Below are positions 39,047 through 51,800 of a stretch of 64,000 nucleotides of DNA, piece by piece. The notes below the pieces were generated by a model, which was given only the letters and a program-made list of their open reading frames with translations, did no database searches and was not told the origin of the DNA. Made by a program: the position numbers and the translations under genes. Positions within the stretch are counted from its first letter, which is position 1; each line of letters starts with the position of its first letter. This DNA is from Lingula anatina (Eukaryota; Animalia; Brachiopoda): assembly GCA_051362555.1 (NCBI GenBank), contig CM120645.1, forward strand, positions 23,960,934-24,024,933, read 5' to 3'.

Positions 39047-39204
39047 CTGGAACAAATATATATAGGAATGATTACCGATATCTGCCTCAACTTTTATCAC
39101 AAGACTACTGGAACAAATATGTTTTTGTATTCTTATAAAGTTATCTTAACTTTACTTTTTATACAAAATCAGTATTTATCAAATGAATATCGCTGCAATA
39201 TCAT

Positions 39205-39325
39205 TAAAAACTACGTTTAAAACTTAAGATATTATAATGTATATTAAAACTACATTTAAAAACTTGATCTTATAATGTATATTAAACTACATTTAAAAAC
39301 TTGAGATATTATGATGTATATTATT
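39205..39325. repeat. ~40-bp AT-rich tandem repeat (3 copies)
   Basis: aaactac(g/a)tttaaaa...tataatgtatatt units. Confidence 0.75.
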
Positions 39326-39424
39326 ACTAACAATGTCTTTATAAAAGATAATTTACTAAATCCATATATATTTAAATGAAAGAATGCTTGCACTACAGCA
39401 GTTTTCTCTATTCCCAACACTCAC

Positions 39425-39482
39425 TCTATGTAATAACAGCCATAGTGGGGGTCTTCCACCTTCTCCCAACCAAAAGGCAGCT
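39425..39482 (-). CDS. MAGI: MAGI exon, WW2 first half
   Basis: [20 protein letters not shown]; tttgtag acceptor, GA|gtgagt donor; phase 1 to 2. Confidence 0.94.
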
Positions 39483-42243
39483 CTACAAAACAAAAGAGGG
39501 AGACACTTTAATGACAGGCCAGATGAAAAAATGAAACTTTGAAATCAGTAGCGTGTGTATTACATCTTGACACTGGTGGTGATTTATCAATTGCTCTGAA
39601 AGATATTGATTGCATCAATAAAATCTACATCAATAAAACTGTCATGTATTTAAAAACTCAAAATGTGAAGGTATGAAAACAGGACAGGTTAAGTGATGTT
39701 CGTCATAGAGGTTTCTGGAACCCTACCTGTTAAGAGACAAAAATAAAGAAAACAATTAATTTAAAGTTAATCTTTACAACAAGATACAACATTAACCACT
39801 CAGAAATGTATCTTTTTGCATCAGTCTGATTATTTTGGCTCAGTTTTCCTCCTGTGATCTTTATAAGATCTGGAAATATGGACAAAGTATTTTTCACTTC
39901 TGTGGTAATTAAAATGCTTGATCAATGGACATTCAACATATAAAGGACCAAACAAACATGTGACACTTTGGCTTATAACACCTCAGTTAACACCTGAGAT
40001 GACCAGGTAAGTAGTCATAAAATGTGTCCTATCCTTTGATGTTCCTCTTTCCAAGTTATCACACTTCCTATAGACAGGGGATTACAGCTGATTGCAGGTA
40101 GATTCCACTCTCACATGTGATACACTGCACACCTGTCACTCTCAGGTAAACACACGCACAGGTTAACACTGCCACTATACTATGTGCTTTTAATGTGTGT
40201 AGCATGCAAAACATAATACATTTGGATGAAAATTATAACATCATCAACTTTGTTTTTCTCATTGTTAACAATTTGGTTATTACTTCAATCTAAAGTATTC
40301 TTTTATTGTTTTCTTAAAACAATCAGTCTTTGTCAGATGACTACCCCCTCTCTCTCTCTCTCTCTCTCTCTCAATAAAATCTCAGCACCATGACTCACTC
40401 CCTGCAGCCTTGTAACAACAAGCTCTGGACTGAAACACAAATAGAGTCCTGCAAGATGAGCCACAAAGTTATTGCTTGAATAAACTTTCCTGATAAGATA
40501 AATGTTGAACTGCTCTAAGACATCAGGTGAGGGAGTGCAAACATACGCCGTAAAAGATGATATTTCTCCAAGTGTGTGCATGCATTTGTATGAACATGTG
40601 TCTAAGTGTGCCATACGAGAACAGCAAAGGATTGGCACTAGCACCTATCTGAGAAAACATCTTGCCTTTTGGCCAAAGGCAAAAAATCAATATCTTTAAA
40701 TTGTTTTTGCAAAGGTAAATTATCTTTCTTATTCTTAGAATTTGAGAATAGCTATGTTGCAACTGGGTCCAGCAAAGGCTTTCTAACAAATAACCACAGT
40801 AGAAAACTCTCTCCCTCTCTCTGATATATCTACCAATTGAATTAGAGTTGTTTACCCTATCTGATAAAGTCACACTTGGGTTCGTTAAAAGGAAATTGCC
40901 AAATTTCTTATCTTGTAAACATAAAATTGCACTAAGCTAGGGAGAAGTTAATAGCAATTAGTTCTCAAATGCACAGAGATAAATGTACTTGTGCAAAAGT
41001 AAAGTAAAGGTTGCACTGAAAAGGCTGCCAACTGAGGAGGTATTTAGTCAATAAATAACAGAAGAGTTAGGCGTCTCTTCCCTACCCTTTCCACTGATGA
41101 CATCTGATATCCTGACAGTTAGAACAGATATCATCTGTAATATAGAGCTATAAAAGGGTTCCATGTGTTCCCTCACTTTTGAGAGATGAACTTCTTTTAT
41201 CTTTAATTACACTTTCTCTTTAGACAGGGTGAACAATGAGATATATATATTTTAAAGATTATACAATCCATAGGTAACTTAAGAAAATGTATTAATATCA
41301 TCTATTTATACTTCAATTTTTATTTTCTTTCTTAACAAAACACTAACATGACTCTTCGATAGACTTTGTCTAAGGAATCAAAATTACAATATGTTCAAAT
41401 TGTAATTAGGGATTTTTCTCCTTCCTATACTTCCTCTCGAGATAAGTCACTTCAGAAAAAGACAGGAAATGCCCACTTTCCTTAATGTCTTTGACCACAC
41501 ATAATTATCATGGATCAGTCATAATCAGTGATGATAAAGATATAGATCTAGAATTGAAACTGTGGACAATACTTGATAAATTCCAGGCCTTGAAAAGTGT
41601 GGCATCAGTCTCTTCTATCTAAATTTCTACACTCCTTTTGATCTTGTATCAGTTCAGATGATGACAGAGAGGAGTTGAGTTGAAATGGGGATCATTTCAA
41701 TAAAATATTTGTCCTCTGTTATGACAGAAGACATTCTACTGATTTTATTAAATGTCCATAAAGAAATGAATGATGATTCAATATTAAAAAATAACTGGAA
41801 CAATAAAAATTTAAAGACCAGGAAATGAAACACAAAGATGCAAATTTGAGGATAATAATGCAAGTCTTGAGATATGTTTATATATCTAAATCCTCTCCCC
41901 TTACCACCTGTCATAACTGGTCAGCAGTAATAAAGGGATTTTCTTCCAAATTAAACTTATCATTGGACTATGTATGCTGACCAGATGGACAAGACTTATT
42001 AATGTCCAGGTGGTCAGTTTCCAACACTTAACACACCTTGACCATTTATCTACATAAAGCCGGACAACATGTACACATCTAGGACATTTTATCACAATTA
42101 AAGAGACAACAAAAGACAGACACTGCCTATTTCTTCATGACAAAAATCCTGCAATCAAAATAAATCTGTATATTATTGTTTGACAAGATATGACACTGAA
42201 AAATAAAGAAATCCCTTGCAGAAATGCAGAAAATACACACTAC

Positions 42244-42514
42244 CTGCTGATTGGATGAAGCGTATCTTCCCCTCACAATCGGAGCAGTCGATCTGGTACA
42301 TATTTCCCAGCATGCACCCCTGGTCCCAGACCATGCTAGCGGTGCCGCTGTCCCCGCCGATACTGCTGCTCTGACTAGAATCCGTTTTGGGCCCCTCGTC
42401 CACCAGCAGGTCTGGCGGGGGCGGGGGAAGATTCTCCAATTTTGTCTCTATCATTTCCATTGTGTCTTGTAGCTCCAATTTTGTTTCTTTTAGCTCCAAT
42501 TTTGTTTCTTTCAT
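42244..42514 (-). CDS. MAGI: Candidate alternative first coding exon of MAGI (90 aa, splices into WW2)
   Basis: ATG with in-frame TGA upstream, GC-rich coding-like frame MKETKLEL...LPPPPPDLL...CSDCEGKIRFIQSA, CAG|gtagtg donor in phase 1. Confidence 0.6.
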
Positions 42515-44097
42515 AGTGTTTTGTTTTTCCAGTACACTTTCTGCTACTCTATCCTGTATAAGTCATATTTATATTTTATGAATAATGAATTTTCCTCTGT
42601 AATATCCTTCCCTATATGTCACTCTCCTGTTCAATTCCTTTGTCTTTTAAGCTTGTGTTTTTTAACACTATCAAGCTATTCTCTACAGGAGATTAGTTAT
42701 CATGCTCTCCCTGTATATGTATACATCAGTTCACTGCTGGTATTTATCAAATATCACATGAATGAAATAGCATCTCCACTTCTGGCTAACTGGTTCTTAG
42801 ACGTCCTACACTGAGAATGTCATCTTACTCTTCCTAGTGTCTAACATGGTGCTGTGCACGCTGAAATGAATATAATGACCACATCATTGGCCTGAGCTGT
42901 CACAGGTACTGCTTTACCACCTGGATATATTGCTTGTCCACTCTCTGGGCAACAAACAGTACTTAAGGCCAAACAGATTCTTTTAAAACTTAAAAGTATA
43001 ACCAAATTAGAGCAAAACAATTAAAAACTGTTAACAGCAAAAACTCCAGGTCTAGAGCTGAAGCTGACTACTGGACTTCACCTGAATATCTCTAGCCTCA
43101 CTAAACTGACCACAACAGCCACTAACTCCTACTGGTCAGTGATGACTCAGACCACTGTCCACTCACCACCTGGACATCACAGGGCCAGTATAACCTTCTA
43201 CTGAACACCATGAAAGCAGTACCACCTCCACTGTATCCCAGTGACTCAGGTATGTCCACTCATAAACTCACTATAACAACTTAATGAAGAAGTGTTAAGT
43301 TTTAAATCTACAGTCTGAATAGTGGTAGAACTGTCTGCCGCTTGGTGAGTCAGACTCTTTAGCTCTCTCCTGGACATTAAATTCCAGTAGAAATGTCCAG
43401 CCTTCTGTCAGCACCGATCACCATTAACTGTCTGTCCTCTCTCCCAGCCAGACCACAACAAGGTTTGTTTACCTTAGTTAACCCACCCTGCCTTGATAGG
43501 TTGATTTATTAATCATATAATTATCCTGCAGATCACTCTTAATGATACAGACCTGGGGGTGCTCTATCAACAGGTCTCCTGTGACTAATAGCCTATTAAC
43601 CTTGAGCTCTTTCAAGGACCAAACCACAGCCAAGTTTGTTATTGTATAGAAACAAAAGATACTTCTTCCTATGTACTTTTCACCAGTATGACCACAGGAA
43701 AATGACCACTGACCACTGGCATGGGCTACTGTCCACTAACTGTGACCTTACACACTGGCTTTACAGGTGAAATTGGTCACATTGCAGTCCACTGACTGGT
43801 CACTCTTACTATTTTGACAGGTGCCCTTTTAGGTTCAGTCAGCAGCCAGTAACTCTTCAGCAGTATTAAAATGAGACTATCAAAGGTACCTTCAGTAAGA
43901 TACCCCTTTTCCAGTCCAAATATTTTCTCCTGTGTCTATATTTACGGCTAAATTATTTATAATTTACTGACAGCCCAGTACAAACATACTTAATTTCTAC
44001 CAATTTTCTTTTATAGTTCTCACCCAACAATACTTTATTAGGTTTAAGTGGCATCAAACTGATATAAGCCAGCTGACTTTGTGGTTTATTCCAGGTT

Positions 44098-44373
44098 CAG
44101 GCCTACCCAACTACCAGACTCGGCACATAAGGATCCTAAATTAACTGGTATATCGGACCACACTACCCGTTTTTAAGGTGTGTGTCAGATCGCATTTCGG
44201 AGTATCAGTCAGAACACCGACAGGATGAGCCCGCGATTGTCCTACAAAAATTGTTCTGGGGTATGATACTCCGAAATGCGATCTGACACACACCTTGAAA
44301 ACGGGTAATGTGGTCCGATATACCGGTTAATTCAGGATCCTTATGTGCCGAGTCTGGTAGTTGGGTAGGCCTG
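44098..44373. mobile_element. Palindromic MITE / foldback element with 110-bp TIRs
   Basis: Arms 44098-44207 and 44264-44373 are reverse complements with 4 mismatches; flanked by direct repeat AGGTT (44093-44097, 44374-44378). Confidence 0.9.
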
Positions 44374-44771
44374 AGGTTCCTGAGATCTCAGTCAGCTAGC
44401 TACTTGATGGCTGTTGTCTCACTAACATTGTCACTCATCTCAGTAATAAGAAATTACCCTACAAATACCTCAGAGCCCTGTCACTGTCATGGTATCTGGG
44501 AGTAAAGGTCACCCTGGTGTCAAGACAGCTGTGACATATCCCATTTATTCCATACAAAGAAACCTTGGACTATAAATTCTCCTGAGTAACATATGAGAGT
44601 CCTGTCACTGGCTGACTAACTACTAGCTATTTCAAACAGAGATCTATATGCTTCACAGTACACAAGATTTCTGCAACTTTATTTAAGGTACCTTGATGGA
44701 TACAACCCCTTGATTAAGTTGAGTAGACAGAGTACCTTACACCTAGGACAGACAAAACCTGTCCCAACTTA

Positions 44772-44986
44772 GACCCCATTTCCATAGATTAGATCGACCT
44801 ACTTTAGATCGACCTAACTCCCTGGGGGTTCACGCTAAATAGCTGTCAGCCGGGCGGACACGAAAGATAATTATCCCCTTACAGCTTGTAGTAGGCGGAA
44901 CGGACATTTAAGTCGGATTATCTGAAAGTAATCTAGTAAGACTCCCCGCAGGGATAGATCGATCTAAAATCTATGGGAATAGAGCC
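44772..44986 (+). mobile_element. PIF/Harbinger-like MITE, copy A
   Basis: 215 bp, imperfect TIRs gaccccatttccataga...tctatgggaatagagcc, TTA target duplication; second copy at 48588. Confidence 0.85.
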
Positions 44987-45071
44987 TTAGACCTGCAGTC
45001 TACTGAATAAACTACCTACCCAGCTAACCAGAGCAGAGATGAGCCCCAATCAGAGGCTCTCTGAGGCTGTC

Positions 45072-45477
45072 GAGCCCACACCAGAGGCTCTGAGAGGCTG
45101 GGTGCCAGCAGTTCTAGAGACTACACCAGAGGCTCTATAAAGCCAGCTACCAGCAGTTCTAGAGCCCACACCAGAGGCTCTATAAAGCCAGCTACCAGCA
45201 GTTCTAGAGCCCACACCAGAGGCTCTGAGAGGCTGGCTGTCAGCAGTTCTAGAGTCTACACCAGAGGCTCTATAAAGCCAGCTACCAGCACTTCTAGAGC
45301 CCACACCAGAGGCTCTATAAAGCCAGCTGCCAGCAGTTCTAGAGTTCACACCAGAGACTCTATAAAGCCAGCTGCCAGCAGTTCTAGAGCCCACACCAGA
45401 GGCTCTGAGAGGCTGGGTGCCAGCAGTTCTAGAGTCTACACCAGAGGCTCTATAAAGCCAGCTGCCAGCAGTTCTAG
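45072..45477. repeat. 45-bp minisatellite, 9 copies, two variant types
   Basis: gagcccacaccagaggctc[tataaagccagcta|tgagaggctgggtg]ccagcagttcta units. Confidence 0.95.
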
Positions 45478-45652
45478 CCAAGATGCACCAGACCATGGTA
45501 TTTTCCAGCTGAGAGCCACTGCAGACCTCATCACTGTACTGTCAGTGTAGTAACCTGAGGTATGCCATTGAATACACTCAGATACCATAGTACCTTATAC
45601 TAACCTGACATCATAGAGAACTCTGGGACAGATACCTCTATCAAAGCAATGT

Positions 45653-45654
<2 letters not shown>

Positions 45655-45723
<69 letters not shown>
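45655..45723. repeat. (AAT)n microsatellite
   Basis: about 23 AAT units. Confidence 0.95.
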
Positions 45724-45724
<1 letters not shown>

Positions 45725-48587
45725 GTAATAAAATTAATCACCTTTAATGAGATCTGTCTTTTTTAACTCTGAAGCTTAGACTGATGTATTGGGTTTCTAT
45801 GATATCCAATACATTCCAGGTATACTATACTGTGTCACTGTGACACATAATAAATAATCTAGAATACCAGCAGTTTGTTCTGTTCTCACTCTGTGCTGGC
45901 TATAGGATAATCACAAGCATTGTTCTGCTCACATAGTAACTCCACACTATAATCCCATGTATAGTATGTAGCTGTACTTACTCCACACAGTATCAATGCT
46001 GAAATATCTCCGAGTCCTCCAGATTTAATCACCTCCATACAAAATCTAAACCAATACAGGGATATGCCCAGCCTGTTTAACTACAACTCCTCAAGAGGTT
46101 AGGACACCTTGAGTGCTAAGCAGTAATAAAGTTAAGCTGGAGGTTCCTGGGTGATGACATTACAATGGTCACACATATAAGTCTCCATACACAAAACCCA
46201 GGACTTACAATGTTAAACTGACAGAACTGTAACTGTGTAAGAGAGGTGCATACTTCAACCCTGAACTGCCTCCTCTGTGTAAAGACCACATCATGAAAAC
46301 TAAGACTGAAGGCATGGTCACAGTTAAACTTGGGTCCACCTTACTCAGTACCTCTCATCTCACCATGATTAACCATAGGTCATAAAGCATTTTTAATCCT
46401 TAAACTTTCACAAGTATTGGCTGTGCAGCTGGAGAGAATTCTCTGCCATAACCATTCAGTCTTGTGAGAAGGGTCCTACCTAATCCCACAAACTTCACTG
46501 AAAGCTCAACAAGGCATGATGTAAGAGAACTGTACTTATACACCTTCATCTCAAAACAGAGAACTGCAATCCAAACCAGACCAGATTTGCTCACCTAACA
46601 GCTACCCTAAGATTGCTACCATCACTACAACAATATGAACTGAGTACTTCAGCTACGCGGAGTATATAACTGTAAACTCCATCAAGTGTCCTTACACCTG
46701 TAGTAATATAGTGTGAAAACCAGCAGGCAGTAGAGTACTATCACTCCATTAACTCACCTAGACGAGCTCTAGAACAGTTACCTTGAGATACAGGTACCAA
46801 GATTTCACCACAACAACTTTACACTCCTAGTAAATCAGGTAAATCACTCTGAAGTGTGCTTGTACCTAAAATAAGGTCCCGAGTTCAAACACCGCATAGA
46901 ACATCACCATTAGATGTCCTCAGTACTACAGCTAATCCATGGCCTATAGCAGAGAGGTATGATAATTCTCACAGCTATCTCACCATCTGAAACAGTCAGC
47001 AGTAATAAAGTCAGGGTAGACTGCCCCTAGCTGTGTGCTGTTCCAGCTCTGTGCTCCACTACACTCAACCAGGGAGAATCTGAGTCAACAGTGACCCTGT
47101 GGAATAAGAGCTGGTATTTAGTTGACTTTGGAAGAAGAATAATAAACCAGCGGCCCAGGAGATCCTTGGTTCTGTATAAAACACTCAAACCATGAAGCAA
47201 GCTCCAGTCCTACTTGAGGAATTTAACTGATTACCTGTCACTGCAGTGTTTTGTTGCTTTCTATTTCTTGCCGTGTGTTTCTGATATAAAAGCTTCCTTA
47301 GTAAAGACAAAACCTTCGTACTTCCTTGCCTACAGCATCTTTGACAAATAACAAATCATCTCTATCTGACTGTGTATTGAAAGTATATAACATTCCTTCC
47401 GTACACATGCCATGCACTTGGAATAAAAGGTAATAATTAACATTAAGGTAAGCACCTCTACTTCCTGAGTGACCTAATTACCACTGATCCCAGGTATGTA
47501 ACACTAGTGCTTCTTCCTGACACTAGATGGCAGCAGCTGAAGTACCTCTGTGTCCTTCTTTATTCATACATTTGGAAATATTTACCTGGCTGTAAAATAT
47601 TTATTTTACACTTTGCTGGGAGAAATAAAACAGATAACAGGCCAGTGCTTAAAAAACATTGGGCTTGTTAACAAAACATTTGAAAATTCTTACCTTCAGC
47701 AAGGCCTCACCTCAACTGGGATAAATAAAGACATTATTCATCGGGAGGGGAGGGGGGGGGGGAATCACGTCAACCCAGGTGACAATCATAGGTAGGAGAG
47801 CTGTCACAAACTGCCATCACTTTGTATGGATTTATGCTGCAATTTACAACACAAATTCAAAACCAGGCACATGGCATGGATTTAATGTTGTCGTAAACGT
47901 CACACAGTTAATCTGAATGAATAGTCATTTACGCTCTCACAAGCAGCAAATTAACAGTCAGCATTTCTGCACTTATTACAAGGTGTCATTAACTGCTCTT
48001 GTGAAATCAGCGTGAATTGTTATTCCCTATCCTACAACCATTTACAGCTTTTATCCATGTCACTGGATTTTATTTCCATCAGGCAGAAATGTAATTAGTG
48101 TTTGTCCGAGATATAGATTTGTTAGCAGTTGGAAGGCAATTTGTTATCTTTAACTGATTTCATGTTAATCACTACATTAAGTATAAACTGACTTGGCACA
48201 TTTATTTTATACCTCTTTAATTAAATAGTCAAGCCTGGATGGAGGTAATTTTTTTCTATACTGATTTTTTTTGCTATTTTCTAAATCTGTCTGAATTGTT
48301 CATTACTTCTTATGCAAAGATTTGACATAATAGTTTCTGTGCAAAATTTTCTGACTTCATTCGTGTGATTAACTACATCAAATTAATCAGCAAGACATTA
48401 TTTTCACTCCTGTGAACAGTGAACAAATGGAAATGTCATTTTCTGACGACATCTGTGCAAGGCTTTTTGCCTATCATTCACTGCATGAAGAGAATTAATG
48501 TGAATTCTTCCTACTGTTATTCTAAACACAAATGTAAGGAAATTGTATGTCAGCCACTACCCGTGTGTTTCATCATCATTACTATAA

Positions 48588-48802
48588 GGCTGTATTCCCA
48601 GAGCTTTTAGATCGATCTATCCCCGCTGGGAGTCTCACTAGATTACTGTCAGATAATCCGGCTTAAATGTCCGTCCCGTCTACTACAAGCTGTAAGGGGG
48701 TAATTAACTTTCGTGTCCGCCCGGCTGACAGCTATTTAGCGTGAAACCCCAGGGAGTTAGGTCGATCTAAAGTAGATCGATCTAATCTCTGGAAATGGGG
48801 TC
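48588..48802 (-). mobile_element. PIF/Harbinger-like MITE, copy B (inverted relative to copy A)
   Basis: Reverse complement of 44772-44986 with scattered substitutions; TAA target duplication (48585-48587, 48803-48805). Confidence 0.85.
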
Positions 48803-51800
48803 TAACTCTAATAGCAAGTGTGGATCTTTCACACCAGTTCTTTGTCAAAGTGAGTTAAGGTGTCAAATTTTCTCTGGGATTTTAACTGACTGAGATTCTG
48901 AATTAGATCAACTCAACTAAACTGACTTAAATTTGATGGGTTAATGCTGAATTATTCATTCAACTACATTTAAGCATGAAAGTAAAGGGAAGAGATAATA
49001 TGTTACTGTCAGTCTAACGGAATTGTATTTCTTCCACACCACAATGAATAATTGATGAAATCTTTTCTCTGTCACAAAAAAATGGAACCTGTCAGCCATC
49101 TTTTAAATTTATGCTCTACATTCTGTAAAACGTAACACAAAAACAAGAATTCCACAATGTATACCCTGCATAATTCAACAATTTTTCACATCTTCTGTCA
49201 GGAAATCATTGTAGAAACCTTACAACCCTCTGCCTGGCTGACAATCCACAACTTGTCCAGGTTGATACTGATCCAGCAAAATGTCAACTTAAAGTGACAT
49301 GTTCACAATAAAAAAACCACCAGTGAGTAGCCTAATTATGTCTTCTGTGGTTTTTTTTTAACCCTATGGATTTCTTTGACAGGAAATTCTTTCCTTTAAA
49401 TATGACACCAAAAATGCAGACCTCCATAGATATAAGTAAGCCAGGGGTGTGATAAAAAAGTTACCAAAATATATCAGAGGCCGACTTAAGACGAGGCGAA
49501 AATCTCTTGATATCCAATGTTTGTGGGACAATGACTGCATTAACTCATGCATTTTCTATTTTTTTTAACCTATCATTTTTCTTTATCAAAATTGCCTAAC
49601 CTCCATCACTTACATTTGAACCATGATGGATGCCCTAAATGGAACTGACTCACAAAGAAGATCTAGGCTCCAGTCTCTAAAATCACATTCTGAGTAGGAA
49701 AACAAATTGCAATCAAACATGTTAATCTTCGCTGATTGGATTCCAAACTATGCAATCTCAAGTAAAGCTGAGGCAATCCAATTCTGTCCTAAACTTGGCT
49801 GATATGCACATAAAGTGGCATTCAGTGCTTTCTATTTGCATCCGATATGTCAATTTTCTAATCAGTCTGGTAAGTCACGTTGAAGTTATGTTAGAGTTAC
49901 ATTACGGTCATTTCAATTACAATCCTCTTTTGATGATTGATCCTAGAAAATCTGACACCTTCAATGTTTTCCCCTTCTTCTGTAAAGTGTTAACTAACTA
50001 GAAGACCAATTTAAAAGACAACTTGTAAATTACCTTATATAAATTACACCTTTTAAACTCTTGAAATCGGAAAGAAAACTACCTTAAAGGTCTATGCCAT
50101 GTGATCCATCAATCTGAACTTGATTAACTTCGAAGCTACTCCAACTCCCATTAGCTACATCAATCTCTCCTCTGCCCACTTCAAAGCAACTTGTTTTCCA
50201 AAACAGAATTAGATTCATCCTTTTCAACCTTCAAAAAACCCAATTGTTTTAAAAACAAGGTCATCTGAGACAAAGAAATCTATCAATTCTCATATTTCAA
50301 AGCAGTATCCGATGTCTCCACTTTAATTGCTAGATAATCTGGATGTTTAGCAAACACACAGTAGTCAATTTGTAACCCTTATCTTCAAAGCATTTCTGAT
50401 TTCAAAGCAGGTAAACAATCTTCCTCCACTTGCAAGAGAGTCCAGCTGACTTTGAGGAAGTGAGGCAGTGTTTATAAAACAACTTACGCCTTATAAAGTT
50501 GGTATTCACTTCAAGACTGACTTTTTAAAAGTAAATATAAGTATAAGAAGAGGTCCATTCTGACAAAATATTTTATCTATTTTACATAAAAAATTAAATG
50601 ACCAATGTTTGCCTCCATGTCACTTTTAATACAGAGCTCACAACACAACAGATTATTATCCGAGTGAAGCGGACCAACATGTTCAGTGTTGAGATATTTA
50701 GACTCTACAGGAGCTACTGCCCAGTGATGGCCAGTGCTGATATAACAGAGGTTGTACAGTTCAGTGGATATCATGTGTTCAGGCATGGGTGCATTTCACA
50801 CCTGTCTTATTGAGCTGTATATACTTGGGCAGCCATCTCAACACCATCAGTTTCAAGGTTGAGTAAGTGCACTCTATGGAGGAACGGCCATATCGCCAAT
50901 ATCTGATATTATCTGGTGGCGTAACTATTGATGTCAAATATGTTGCCATGAATCTCTTTTTCTGTAACCTAACATAACCAAGAAAACCATCATCACCCTT
51001 CACCAGTCACTAATCTCTTATTTTATCATGTCCATGTTATCATTTTGGAGTTTTACTTGTACCTGTTGCTGGTGTCAGTGCCCTCTGCCTGTATATATAC
51101 AGTTTTGTATCTACTAACAGTATGTTAAACCTTTCAAAAGAATCTATACAATGATAAAACTTTATGATACTTCCTATCTCAGAGCAATATTTGTATAGCA
51201 ATAGCTGGGCAGATTACATACCTGACAGGACTAATCCTTACCTGACATTTTAACAAAGATATGATAAGATATACTTTGTAGCTGACAGTTAGTTCTATTC
51301 TATTTAAATGTCAATCTTATACTTAAAGGTTAATCTTATAGTTATCCTGTCATATGTAACACATTATGCCAAATCACCTGCGCTGACAAATCACCAGACA
51401 CCTGTTCCACCTGAGTGGGGTGCGGATCGAAATCTAATCACAGCAAAGTTGCCATACTTGTAATATAGAGGAAACAAAGATATTCCTGTCATCTGGTTCT
51501 GAATCTCTTCTTATTCCACCCACACTAATTCAAATCCCTTACTGCCAAAATTATCTTCTTGTGGTAACAAATTCCATCATTTTCCTTTGTTTTTAAAACA
51601 CATGATTCACCTGTGCAAATCCTAACACCTATCATGTAACATATAACCTGTGATTCAGTCAAAATAATGATTCAAAATCTTGTCACGACAGCTCAAAGTT
51701 TGAAAGGTCACAAATTCTGACACTGTCACATTCATCACCATGAGACGGGATTTGGGGATTTTGTTTCTTTTTTGGCTCCTGTTTGACCCCCAGACAATCC

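Noticed and set aside
45050-45496. 148-aa repetitive ORF and CRISPR-like appearance
   Set aside because: 45-bp tandem repeat with only two recurring cores, no unique spacers and no cas genes; the frame is open because the unit is a multiple of 3
46855-46895. tRNA B-box-like ggtcccgagttcaaac
   Set aside because: No cloverleaf or A-box found; at most a decayed SINE fragment
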